Shown: positions 52,500-64,000, numbered from the stretch's first letter. The stretch is DNA of 64,000 nt from Hydrolagus affinis (GCA_012026655.1 JAAILG010001538.1:1-64000), one strand, 5' to 3'. Made by a program: numbers and translations. The notes: generated from the sequence alone by a model not told the origin.

Positions 52500-52680
52500 C
52501 TATCGCCTCAAAATCCTCCTCTTCATCAGTCCCATGGTCACCCCAAATCTCCCCCTTTCCCTCCACCCCCCCATGTCCCCATCCCTAACCCCAGTTTGGG
52601 TCTGAAATAATGATTGTCCAGCGCCTTGGGACGTCCTCCTGACGTAAAAGGTGCTATACAAGTGTAATTTTGTTGTTGTT
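52500..52680 (+). mobile_element. L2 3' end
   Basis: Matches the antisense of the 30511-30670 tail; gtccagcgccttgggacgtcctcctgacg...ttttgttgttgtt. Confidence 0.8.
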
Positions 52681-53740
52681 GGAAAGGAATGCGCACTCTC
52701 TCCCTGTAGGGATGCATCCTGCTTTGCCTAATTTGGGTAAGATCAAGGGCTCATTTTTATCCATAGGAGATGTTTTTTGGCTGATCTAACCAGGCAAACG
52801 TGCTTGAAAATATGTAACCTGAGTGAATATTTAGCTTGAGAGGATTTTTCATGTTTCCTTTGGTTCTGCTCAGTTCTACAGATGGCTCTTCAGTATCGCT
52901 CATTTAAGAAATGCAGAGATTTTCAGCCTCACAAATGAACCAACGGCTCCTCCAGTGGCCTAATGGGTAAAGGCAGATAGGCCACACACACAGGCTGCAG
53001 TCAATAAGTCATCTGATCTCAGGCAGGGCTTGTGTAGCACCAGTGGTTGGTGCTTTAGTATTCCTGGCTTAGAAAGGGGGAAAATCAGCACAAATGCCTG
53101 CTTGCAACAAATAGCAGGGAGAGAAGATGTGTATGTGAGCACCAGGGCGTAGAAATTAAACCTCGGCCTGGATTTACTATGTATCTCTTCTCAACAGTCC
53201 AGAGCATTCAGAATTTAGCAAATTCTTGGAATACGGTCTCAATGTAGACGCCAGTTTTCAGCCATTTATTTTAAGAACTAAAGTAAACCAGCTTCCGAAT
53301 AACACAAAATTCAGCGATTTATCAGATTCTGGTTCTAAACTACAATAAATCGATCCGCCAGGCAGAATATCTTTCCCCAAAGACCCCAAATGTTTATGAT
53401 CTGAGCCTTGAGACCATTGTTTGAACATTTGAAATCTTAGAATCTTGGTGAATATTTAAAAATTTAGTCTTAATCCTTGAGTCGGTTATGTTAATGATGT
53501 AATAATCCTTCCATTTTATACAACGCCTTTCATATTGTGAGTATGCCTCAAAGTACTTCACAGGATATAATATAAAGTGTACTGACCGTGTATTTTGTAC
53601 GTGAATGACTATACTGAAAAACAATGGTAAAATAACTTTTTTTTTAAATTCTTCCATGATCTGTGATGTATTTTATATCTTGACTCCATTGCAGTCTTGC
53701 ATTCTTTTTGTTGCTAACCTGATGCACTTTAATCTCCCAG

Positions 53741-53860
53741 GCTTTCCAGAAATACTCAATTATGGATGTAAGTTCAAAACCAGGTGTTGAGCAGCCCAGA
53801 GTTGAATTGCAAGGCAGAGACCTAAGGCCCATGGCTTTAATATCACCCAAAGAAAAGAAG
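53741..53860 (+). CDS. KIAA1217: KIAA1217 coding exon K
   Basis: gctaac branch point, aatctcccag acceptor, AAG|gtaaca donor; 120 nt, phase 0-0; AFQKYSIMDVSSKPGVEQPRVELQGRDLRPMALISPKEKK. Confidence 0.93.
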
Positions 53861-55256
53861 GTAACAACTATGACATTGGAATCTGAGCTTGCCACACTTC
53901 CACGCATCGCATATTTTGCCTGCTTCAAGTACTAACAGCTTGTGCTGTATCTGTACTGCGTTCTTCTATAGTTCACTCTTCACCACTGCACTCTTCTGTA
54001 CTTCAATCTTCTCTACCGCAGGCTTATCTTGCAAAGCTCACTGGAGTGCTTTTCCGTGATGTAAAATTCAAGTCTGCAGAGAATGAAAGTTGGTTGCCCT
54101 TTGCCAATACACCACACAACCACCAACTCACCCCTCCCTCCACACTTTCAAATCCCACCTAAAGACCCTTTTGACCGTGCTTACGGCCACCTCTCCCTCT
54201 CCCCTTGGCTCGGGGTCAGACTCCACCACCACCAACAACAACAACAACAAAATGACATTTATAGAGCGCCTTTCATCTCGGGAGGATGTCAAGCACACCG
54301 GGATGCTACCCTGGTGTAGGGCGCTAGATAAATGCAGGTGGTTGTTGTTGACGTATGCCAATCGTGTTGCTGTGGATACAACAACGGGAACAGCAACTCA
54401 CATTTATATAACACCCGTCATGCAGGGCAGCGTTAGGGAGCACCTCATTTTAGAAGGATTCTCGTGGGACTGTGCTGAATGCCTTGTTATTTTGATCGGT
54501 ATCTTGTTTTCTCGCCATTTTTCCAAAATATATCGAGCTGAATTAGTACACAGCTCCCCCAAACCAAGAGGGAAACTAATTGACTTGCTCGCAGCTCTCC
54601 AGAATCACAAACTCTCAGCTCGATGCTAATGAGTGGAGTCAAAAGGAGCACTAGGTGTCTCATTGTAACCCTCCCCCCCACCACGGCCAGCCCATTACCA
54701 CCAAAAAGACTAGAGCTTACTGGACAGACAACAAGCACAGAATCTATGCCCAGTTGTTTCAAGCTCAAATGTCAAATGCTCTCCCTTCTAGCATCCTTCA
54801 GTGTGTTTGTCACCCTCCACTCGAACACAAACATTTCTGACTGTACCAGCCTGTGCTCTGTGATCACACATTGCTGTGGATCAGTATGTTCTTTTGCAAG
54901 GCTTCAGGTAAAACACAAGCAGGTTAGTGAAACTGATGCTGTCTCTGTATCCTACCAAGGAAATTAAGGAACAGCTCATTTTGAAGGGAACGATTCTAAG
55001 GAATCAATAGCGAGCAGCAGGAAGAACATAACATATCAACAGTTATAAGAATCTATTTAAAGCCATAGAAATTTATAACGCAGAAGAAGGCTGTTAGGCC
55101 CATCATGGCTGAAATCGTAGTTTCAACTTGTTTAAATTCAGAAAAATCATTTCAAATAGTTTCTTGTTGGGAAGCAGGATTTTAAATACATCATGCCACC
55201 TCCCCAATAGGTCAGTCAGTAGAACCACTCCGTAAGTGTCAAAATCTAAACATTGT

Positions 55257-55616
55257 GGAGTCCTGTAGAACACTCGCCTCACCAGCGAGAGGACCCGGGT
55301 TCGATTCCCGGGCAAGACGAAACCTTAGGCATATTTTCTTACTCCACATGCCTCTGTTTACTCAGCAGTAAGTAGGAACCCAATTGTTAATCGATTGGTG
55401 GATTGCTTTCTGGGGATAATCCCTCCCCCACAAAAAAGAACAATAATTTGGTCACTCAATCCATGATTATTTGTGGGACACTGTTGTGTGCAATTGGCTG
55501 TGGTGTTTCTCCCACAAAATACTCAGTCAATCCACTTCACGGTATATCCTGTGACATGCTTCGAGACATCTCAACAACTTGTTAAGATGCTGCCTCATGT
55601 ACATATCATGCAAGGA
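55257..55616 (+). mobile_element. tRNA-derived SINE (long form)
   Basis: ggagtcctgtag...gggttcgattcccgg B-box; long-form internal segment; decayed tail. Confidence 0.85.
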
Positions 55617-57910
55617 CAGTACCTGAGTTCTCATTTCTCAAGAACAGAGGAAAGTCTGGATTATGTGGGTTCCTTGTTGTTTGATGTACCTTTTCTAGGT
55701 CGACAGGCAATGAACCGAGTGATCGTTCCCTGACCTTCTTTCCTCTCAACCAGACTTGGAATAAAACCATTGTTATCATTGTTCCCCTTCACTCACCATC
55801 TGTTGCATCACCTAACCCACTCACTGCTAATCCACTAATGCGGACAGAGACAGCCTCTGGTTCTGCTTGCGCTGCTGTTTGCATTTACCGCACAAACAAA
55901 ACAACTTCAATTGTATGGCATTTTGTGAATGAAATCAACTTTGATTGAATACAAATATTTTCTAATAAGCAGGAGCTGGGGTTGATATAAACTGGACTAA
56001 CCACTGAAAGGCTTAGCGATGTTGCCTGCAATACTTTTATGGAGTAGTTACATCCTTGCTCAGATAAATACGAAACACAACAGATTGAACATGGGCTGTA
56101 TTTTTATGTAGAGAGGCCTTAAAAACTTAGAAAATACTGTTGGACTGTATTCTATATGATGAAGTCTTGCATTTGGTGAAGCAACGATGGTTCTCTCTTT
56201 TCACTACATGTTAAAGCATCTCAAATATTTGAACTAGATTATCATTGAAACCAATCACATCTTAAAACACCACATAAACAATTTTACTGGGGGCATACTG
56301 CAGTATTCCAGTGTTCAGTGTGTTAATTATCACATCCAATGCTTTATAAACTGCTGCAAATGTAGACACTATAATTCTTCAGGGGATTCAAACTAAATTA
56401 TTTTGAAGTGTAGTGACTGCGTAAATCTGTTGCAGATTTAATTATCTTTTAAAAGCTTGGAGGCAGGACTGCTCTCTTTCAATCTCTCGCTCCTTCCCCA
56501 ATGTGCTACACACTGATTGAGCCCATTTCCTGAATTTTAAACAATTCCAGTGCCTAACCGCATTGATTCCTTCCAGCTTCCTCCTTTCTTTTCGCTCTGT
56601 GGCTGCAGTGCTTAAATATCCACTGACTTTAAGGTTTCTGTTTAAGAACAGACTTCTGTCTGAAAACCAAACAGGACATATGTCTGAGTCTTTAATTGGA
56701 ATGGACAATTCATGGCTTATTTTTCAGCTTTAAGAATTCCTGTTCTTCATAACAGACACCTTAAAGACAGCAGTTTGGGTATTTTGCTGACCCAGCCACA
56801 CACTGCTCAAATATTCTCAATAAGACATGTCAACATTTTTGTGGCATTTTATAAATTGACCCTTGTATCTTTGTGCCCCTTTACAATGAGATTGAGTATT
56901 GGCAGAAAATGTACAAAAGACTGTTTAACTCTTTGATTTGTGCAAGTTAGATGCTTGTTATTGCGAGCAACTGCGATTTGGGTGGTGCTCTGATTAGACG
57001 AGAGAGCTTTAAAACATCTACATTTATGCACTTGCTATCAGTAATCACTACTGTACAATGAAGATAACTGAAAATGCTGAATTCAAATCAATAGTCTAAT
57101 GTTAGAATCTAAACTCATTAAGGACTTCAAAGATGTGAAGTGCAGCTGGGCTTTCGTATGCATAATACCAAATCCCATCATAAAACTGTGCACCTCATTC
57201 ATAAGTGCCCTGTCCTATAACTGAAGATTGGCTAATCGATTCGTATCTACATTGTAAAACCACTGTATACTTCTGTGACTGCTTCTACTTAACCTGAACT
57301 AGGACAGGATTGGATTTTTTTTGTGTTTATGTCTGACGTTGCCTTGTTTGCAGCATATTGGTGTGTGCTTTGCAAGGAAAGCTTGGTGACTACAATTCAG
57401 ATGCAGTTGAACTCTTATTATCTGAACATAATAATAATCCTCGCATTTCTTATAGCGCTGTTCACATTGAGAGGTCGTCTCAAGGCCCTTCACAGAATAT
57501 ACAGTGAAGTGTAGTGACTGCGTATTTTGTAGGTGAATACGGCAGTCAATTTTGCGCACAGCAGCATGCACGTCACGTAGACTCACTACTGATTTCCAAT
57601 GTAGTTTGAACACACATGATATTAAAATGTAACTGTTATTGTAGCTTGTGATCATTTGTAACTGTTTAATGTTTCTTGGTTTGTTCATATAATAGGAGTT
57701 CTCTGTACAGAAATACATTTTGCTTGCAACCTGCAGTTTATTTTAAGTGTCTGTGTTTTCAGTTTGATGTATTTTTTCCTGGAGACACAGGTTAGACTGT
57801 GTTACCACACATGGTGTTTGGTTTTTCTCATAGAAGCCTTGCTTGATTCCTGAAGAGGGTACAAGAAAGGTATTTTCTATCTTCAAAAGCCTACATTGTC
57901 TTCTGATCGA

Positions 57911-58220
57911 GGAGGCCTGTAGCTCAGTGGTTAGAGCACTCGCCTCACAAGCGAGAGACCTGGGTTCAATTCATGTCAGGACAAAACCTTGTTTCCTTAC
58001 TCCACACATCTGATAATAATCCCTCCAGAAAAGAAAATCAATAATAAATTGGTCACTTCAATCCAACGACTATTTGTGGGACACCGCTGAGCACAATTGG
58101 CTGCCGCCGTTCGCCCACAAATATACAGTCAGTTCAATTTAAAGAATAATTTGTGCAGCACTTTGAGACATCTAGAAGACGTGAAAAGTGCTGCATCAAA
58201 TGCAAGGATTATTATTATTA
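57911..58220 (+). mobile_element. tRNA-derived SINE (short form)
   Basis: ggaggcctgtagctcagtggttagagcactcgcctcacaagcgagagacctgggttcaatt; tail caaatgcaaggattattattatta. Confidence 0.9.
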
Positions 58221-59066
58221 TCCTTATCCTGTACCCCTTGAACACTAAAGCACATTCATCTCACATTACATCAAACTCCTATTTGCTGTGTTCAGTGGTG
58301 TCTATTTCTGCTCCAGGTAAAACACTCCGAAAAAGATTCCTACCGATGTAAAAATGTTCTAGACAAAAAGGCAATGCTTTGTAAAACTTGTAAACTGAAA
58401 TCACAGATGTCTCGCTATTTCTAAAAGAGAATGTACTGTTTTGCGGTTGGCTCCAGGCAGACACTAGCTGGTGGCTTGACATTCTATGTGTGGAAATGGA
58501 AATTTCACAAAGGGTTTTGCTGCTTCACAATTTCTAAATGTATTTCACCGGTATCCATGGGCTTGCTTGTTTTGTTTGAACACCCAAGTGTTAAATGTTC
58601 ATTTGCTGGTTTGGAGACAATGGCTATTAGTGCAAGGCTTTTCAATCAGAAACGCTATTTCCTTTGGAGAGCTGAGAATATGAAATTGGGGCTGTGGTAA
58701 CTGAAAGTGCGGAAGGAGGTGACTTGAGGTAAATAACAAAATCTTGCCCAAGCTATAACCTCTGCTTTAGAACTTGGCGATAACCATTTCTAAGGTGTGG
58801 ATTCGAATGCGCTGACTTTTGGAATGTAAGTGTGACATGGTAAACGGATTTTTGTTTCGCTTTTGATTTCTGCTTTCTTTGCAATTGCAGTTTTTTTTTG
58901 GTGGTGGGGGATGTTGCAGATTTTTAACTGGTGAAATGCAACAGGTTTGTTATTGTTGGGCAAAGTGTTTTTACCAGACCTTTGAATGCATCCGTGTTTA
59001 ATAAGAATGTTTCATTCCTAACTTGTCAAGCTTGTGTTGGTGAATAATATATTATGATCCTAGCAG

Positions 59067-59144
59067 AAATCAGACATTTTCAGTGAAGATAATCAGGCCA
59101 TAGACACACCAAACGAGGGCCAGGCTGAGCTGGAATCCACAGTG
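59067..59144 (+). CDS. KIAA1217: KIAA1217 coding exon L (78 nt; TAGCAG tandem acceptor may add Gln from 59064)
   Basis: GTG|gtaagt donor; KSDIFSEDNQAIDTPNEGQAELESTV, 26 codons, phase 0-0; size and position match a small human exon as recalled. Confidence 0.8.
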
Positions 59145-59306
59145 GTAAGTGTCTTAAATGGTGGAAATTAATAGTAATAATGATAAAAAAAATTGTTGAA
59201 GCTTATTAACCAATTTTTGCTGCATCGTTAATGTTTGCGGCAATAAAAAATCTTTACTGTTCAGCGAATATTTGCCAATTTTATTATTCTTGACTGCCTT
59301 GTACAG

Positions 59307-60998
59307 GATTTCTCAGACAAACGTGAGACCTCTGCCTTCATCTTTCATTCGGACAATTCCCAAATTGAAGTCCATCCTCAGAATGACACAACTGTGCCTC
59401 AGGAGGCTCCCAGGGAGACCCACAAATACGTGGGAGACGAAGACCAATCTGCCCCGGAACAAACACAAGTTGCGCTCGTATCTGCTGAAATTGAGCGCAA
59501 TGCCACTGTGGACAAAGAGCTGGTGCCTGCCTTAAGAGGTCACGGATCAGTTGTAAAGGGTGAAACAGCGTACAGACTCCACGAACATGACCGAGTGAGA
59601 GAAGTGGATTACACATATTCTGCAAATATTCCCGATATGAACGAGGTTGTTAATCCGTCGGTTACTCACCCGGTTAGCACAGAGAAGGGCCAACCTTTCA
59701 TGCAACAAGTCACCTCCTTTGTCAGCCAGCAGGATTCGATTGCTAATCGATTTCACCTTCAAGAATTGGAAGCGCCGACGGTAGAGTCTGGTCCGCCAGC
59801 TGGAGATTGTAGCCAGCAAGTAGTACTGAGACCAAGGACTTCGAAGAAGGTTATCGTCAGGTATGCTGAGGATGTTGACTCTTCGGGTTCTTCTGAAGAT
59901 GAGACATCGTCAGCTGATAACATCGCGTTTATGATCACAAACACCAAGGTGCAGGCCCTGTCCAGTGGTGAGGTCAACGATTTGGTAAACCAAAAGGGAC
60001 AAGGCATCCAGACTGTGAGCGTCGATGCCAATCAAGCGATGACGGCGCATCAGTACAACCCCCAGGAGACTGGGAACGAATCCCTGGAGTTCTGCACTGA
60101 TAAGAAACCAGTGATCATCATCTTTGACGAACCTATGGATATCCGATCAGCTTACAAACGATTGTCGACGATATTTGAATCTGACGAAGAGCTGGAAAGA
60201 ATGATGGCGGAGGAGAGCATAGAGGAAGAAAACGAAGACGTGGAAATAGCAGCTGAGACCCTGTACTCCGCGAAGCTCAATAACATGAACAATAATCAAT
60301 CATATCCAGAATCTTTCACTGCGAATTCAACTGCTGCTTTTGAATCTGATGAATCTAGTGGCATGCACTTTGGTTTGGAAAAATGGAACACAGCAAACGA
60401 GGCTAGTTCTAAACCTCTCCAAGACGAGACATCCATAGCTGACTGCGTGGACAACAGTAAGAATGATTCCAAGAAGAAATTCAAGTTCAAATTCCCCAAG
60501 AAGCAACTTGCAGCCTTGACCCAAGCGATCCGTACAGGCACGAAGACCGGGAAGAAAACTCTGCAGGTAGTGGTCTACGAGGACGAGGAGGAACTTGACG
60601 GAACTGTGAAGCAGCACAAGGAAGCAAAGAGATTTGAGATCACCCGGTCAAAGAGTAAAGATGAAGCCGCCAGCAAAATCAGCGAGCCAAAGCAACACAG
60701 CTCCAACGATGCTGTGTTGAATTCAACCAGAACGGATCAGATTCGGAAAAACACTTACAAGACTTTGGATAGTCTCGAGCAAACCATCAAACAGTTGGAA
60801 ACGACCATTAGTGAAATGAGCCCAAAGGTCTTGGATCAGGGGGATGAATACACAAATTACACCACATATTTCTGCGATTCCCCTGGAACGGTTCAGGATG
60901 AATACAGACCTCCTGCAGATCAATCCCTGCTTCCTTCTGGAAAGGCACCTCCGTGCGCCAAAGACAAACCAGCACTCCTTCCAAAAATCTCCACCAAA
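59307..60998 (+). CDS. KIAA1217: KIAA1217 large coding exon M (1692 nt; 3' boundary uncertain)
   Basis: ttgtacag acceptor in frame with ORF 59394..61040; motifs DNIAFMIT, KKPVIIIFDEPMDIRSAYKRLSTIF, KKKFKFKFPKKQLAALTQAIRTGTKTGKKTLQVVVYE, TLDSLEQTIKQLE; donor placed at AAA|gcaagt. Confidence 0.88.
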
Positions 60999-61556
60999 GC
61001 AAGTGCCCTTCTATTCCCTGATCGCTGCTTCATGTGGTGATGTGACTCCTCTTTCTGGTTTCTAACAGCTGATGCAATAATTGGTTAAACGTATCTTTTT
61101 GAGTGTGGTGTTGGGGAAATCTAATGTTTATTAATCTGACTGCTGATCTGAGCTGAGCTGAGCTGGGCTACTTGATTTTCTTTTATTAATTGGCAGCATA
61201 GTGGTGTACTCACGTAAACCGGATCTTGTTTCAGGTAAATGTACGCTTCCTGTAAGTTAACTTTATTTTTGTTTTCTTGCGTCTTGCATCTCTAACCTCA
61301 GTAAGAATCTGGGTGAAAATGGGGACTCTGATTCTGTTGCTCATGCATGTAATGAATCAACGACCTTTCCTAATCTTAGGGTCATGGTGATCTATGCAGA
61401 TGCAACGCAGAATAGCATGTCTGTGATTGATCCTGTCTGGTGATTCAATGGCCTGTATTCTGATTTCAAAATATTTGTCCACAGGTATTGGAATAAAACA
61501 ATCTAAAATTCTGGGGATCTCTTTTTTTAAACGAGGAACATTCGTTCTGTTTGCAG

Positions 61557-61706
61557 GGTTCAAACCTGATGTCTCCCACTAGCAGAATGCCGGTGTCTGT
61601 GGGATCCAAAACACAACAGCAGCGGCAGCAACAGCAACAACAGCAGAGCAACGCAGAAAAAGCAACCAAACCCAAGCTCCAAGACCCACAGCGCCAGTTC
61701 CGACAG
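61557..61706 (+). CDS. KIAA1217: KIAA1217 coding exon N (polyQ)
   Basis: tctgtttgcag acceptor, CAG|gtagtt donor; 150 nt, phase 0-0; GSNLMSPTSRMPVSVGSKTQQQRQQQQQQQSNAEKATKPKLQDPQRQFRQ. Confidence 0.93.
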
Positions 61707-62415
61707 GTAGTTTTGTTTTAGATGTCTATTGAGAGGGTAATGAAGGGTAATAAAATATTGAGGGATTTCAGAATTGTCCTCTTTGCAAAAAAAAATTGTG
61801 GACATTCAGAGTTTAAAATTGTTTGCAACTGTGTCTGGTTTTAAGTTATATTGCGATCCTGGGGTTGACATCAGTGTTCAGATGCTGATGAATCGTGTGA
61901 AAATCCTGGTCTCTCCTTTGTAACTCACAAGTAACTCACATTTCTTGTCTGTAACCTCCTCTTGTGTATCTGTGTCCTCTCCAGCAGTTAAATCCTTTTA
62001 CTGGTGACTCTACTATTGTACCGTTTCCTGTTCCTTTTCCCATTTAGAGTTTGTGTGTATAAATAGAATGGCTGAGATAACCTGTGCTGAACAATCTTCA
62101 GAACTAACGACTGGATGGTTATGTGTCCAGGGAATGAATTATGATGTGAATCATTGTTTGATTAGTATTTTTCCCCAATCTTGCCTTTTAGCATGGTTTT
62201 CCTAACACATCATAATCTTCTTTTTTTTTATTTTCTTTCCACCTTTATATGTTGTGGGTTTCACCAGGTCCTTTAATCTTCCACGATGCTCACCAGGATA
62301 ATTAGGTTCTACACTGTTAATTCTTTGTCTATCTGGGACTGTTCTGACAGACCCCAGGGTTGAAATTGTTGCTGGCTTTCTGATAAACTTTGTCTCCCGC
62401 CATCTTTGTTTGCAG

Positions 62416-62907
62416 GCTAATGGAAGTGCTAAGAAAGCTGGTGGGGAGAGTAAGGCTACTTCCCCTACTTTACCTGCTTCTAAGATCCCAGCCCTTTCTC
62501 CCGGCTCTGGGAAAATTAGCTCTATGTCTGGTCCTAGCGGTGACACTAACCCTCCTAGTAACCCTAATAAATACGCCCTTCCTGCTACTAATTTTACTCC
62601 AGCTGCCGGGCGCTCCACTACACTTTCACCTGTGTCTCACATCCCCTCTGCATCTAATGGCAACCTGAAACTTCATACTCAGAACCCTCCATTAACAGGC
62701 AAATCTCAGCATCCTTCCCTCCCACTACATGTGCCAAATGGCAGATCCTCTTCCTCATCCTCTTCCCCCTCCCTGGTTTCTCCCACCTCATTAATTCAAG
62801 GTGTGAAGAGCATCAGGACAATCCATACCGCTAGCTTCGCAAGCTACAAGCAACAGAACAGCAGCCAGAGTAAGCCCAGTGCGGCCACTCTCAAAGAAAC
62901 GACATAG
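62416..62907 (+). CDS. KIAA1217: KIAA1217 terminal coding exon O
   Basis: ctttgtttgcag acceptor; ANGSAKKAGGESKATSPTLPASKIPALSP...IRTIHTASFASYK...LKETT then TAG at 62905-62907. Confidence 0.96.
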   Translation, partial: ANGSAKKAGGESKATSPTLPASKIPALSPGSGKISSMSGPSGDTNPPSNPNKYALPATNFTPAAGRSTTLSPVSHIPSASNGNLKLHTQNPPLTGKSQHPSLPLHVPNGRSSSSSSSPSLVSPTSLIQGVKSIRTIHTASFASYKQQNSSQSKPSAATLKETT

Positions 62908-64000
62908 AGGCAGCACTATGAACGCATCATTATTAACCACATCATTTATTTTCTGATTTGCAATAGAAAGCTGTTAATGATTATATATTGGTACAGTCTT
63001 TACAAAATATTGCATTAAAATGTAACCAGAATTAGCAAATCTGTGTGTCAGCCTGCAAACACTGACTTACCTTTGCAGTGTGTGGGGAAATGTGAAGTCC
63101 ACTCGCAGTGTTTCTCTTGTAAATATATGTCCCAAATTAACCAGGCCTAAAATCAGGGGGTGCTATGAACGAATTCAGGGTGAGATATAAAGAGAGTAAT
63201 AGCAAAGACATTCACCTAACAAGTTATTTTCAAACGCATTGTTTTGTATACAGAGTATTTTTTCACGATGCGCAGATGATATTGAGTTAACTATTGTAAA
63301 GTTTGAATAATGAGCACTGTGGGATGATAAAGTGAGCTGAAGTAAATTGAGCATAAATTATTGCATACCTACACATTGCTGCATGAAACGATCTCCAGCA
63401 CTGGATGAGGGATGAATTTAGAAGCCAGAGCAGGTTGAAAGAACAAGAACTGGGATGACTGCAGCAACGCAAATATTTTTTGCACTGAATAAATTTATTC
63501 AGCACACTGCTTCAGCTTTTCACCTTGCTAGAATATAAACAAGAACATGGGACAAACACTTTATTTAATGGCTAAAATGTTAACTACAGTGCATATCAAT
63601 CTAGGTTAAAGGCAGCCACGGGGTGAGGAATTGTATGTATGTGTTAAGTATATTTTTCACTATTTACAGCCAAACATATTCTGTTGAATCCAGACATAAA
63701 CTAAGCAAATCTGCTGTTTTGTTTTTAAATTTCTATTGCTGATAGTTCAACAAATATTATCTAATGTTCCACAAAATGAAAAGGAACAATAGAATGCGGA
63801 TTAAATCTCTGGTTTCGAACCAGTGACTAAAAGCCTTGTGGTGTAGATATACTGTCTGCTGTACTGCCTAACAAAATGCATAATGGTTTTTGGAGTGAGG
63901 TGAACAACTGTTTCATATTTTGCTTTGTTTTTTATATATAGGTGGCATTTCTTTCTAATTGCTCCAAAGCTGTGGTTTTGTACTTTCAACCAATGGTTAT
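62908..64000 (+). other. KIAA1217: KIAA1217 3' UTR / downstream flank (true end unknown)
   Basis: AT-rich, no recognisable interspersed repeats, follows the stop codon. Confidence 0.7.
63488..63493 (+). promoter_or_regulatory. Candidate polyadenylation signal AATAAA
   Basis: Canonical hexamer about 580 nt after the stop; ATTAAA variants also near 63014 and 63800. Confidence 0.45.

Noticed and set aside
57911-57985. tRNA-Val-like gene with a perfect anticodon arm
   Set aside because: Acceptor stem is poor and it runs straight into SINE body and tail; many diverged copies exist, so it is a SINE head
59394-61040. 548-aa ORF as a stand-alone gene
   Set aside because: It is the large internal KIAA1217 exon; the frame is open back to the acceptor at 59306 and the listed start is an internal GTG
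1-64000. CRISPR array, operon or other prokaryotic/viral system
   Set aside because: No regularly spaced repeat-spacer array; recurring sequences are dispersed SINE/LINE tails and the coding content is one spliced vertebrate gene

Overview
Vertebrate genomic DNA, not prokaryotic. The repeat content (tRNA/Deu-type SINEs with L2-type tails, L2, CR1) suggests a cartilaginous fish, probably a chimaera; that assignment is inference. The window holds the 3' part of one + strand gene, KIAA1217 (Sickle tail/SKT/Etl4, paralog of SRCIN1/p140Cap). I traced 15 coding exons by hand from 6137 to the stop at 62905-62907, with consistent phases, followed by the 3' UTR; the 5' exons lie upstream of the window. 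Introns are full of retroposons and non-autonomous DNA transposons, several with readable TIRs and TSDs and several nested. Best leads: an ~80-bp-arm inverted repeat with two degenerate hammerhead-ribozyme-like cores just after a coding exon; a CpG-rich hAT element with a perfect 8-bp TSD spanning the assembly gap; a probable GC-AG intron; and candidate alternative C-termini that would remove SxIP motifs. I cannot support a wholly new multi-gene system here. Comparisons to human KIAA1217 and to repeat families are from memory, not database searches.
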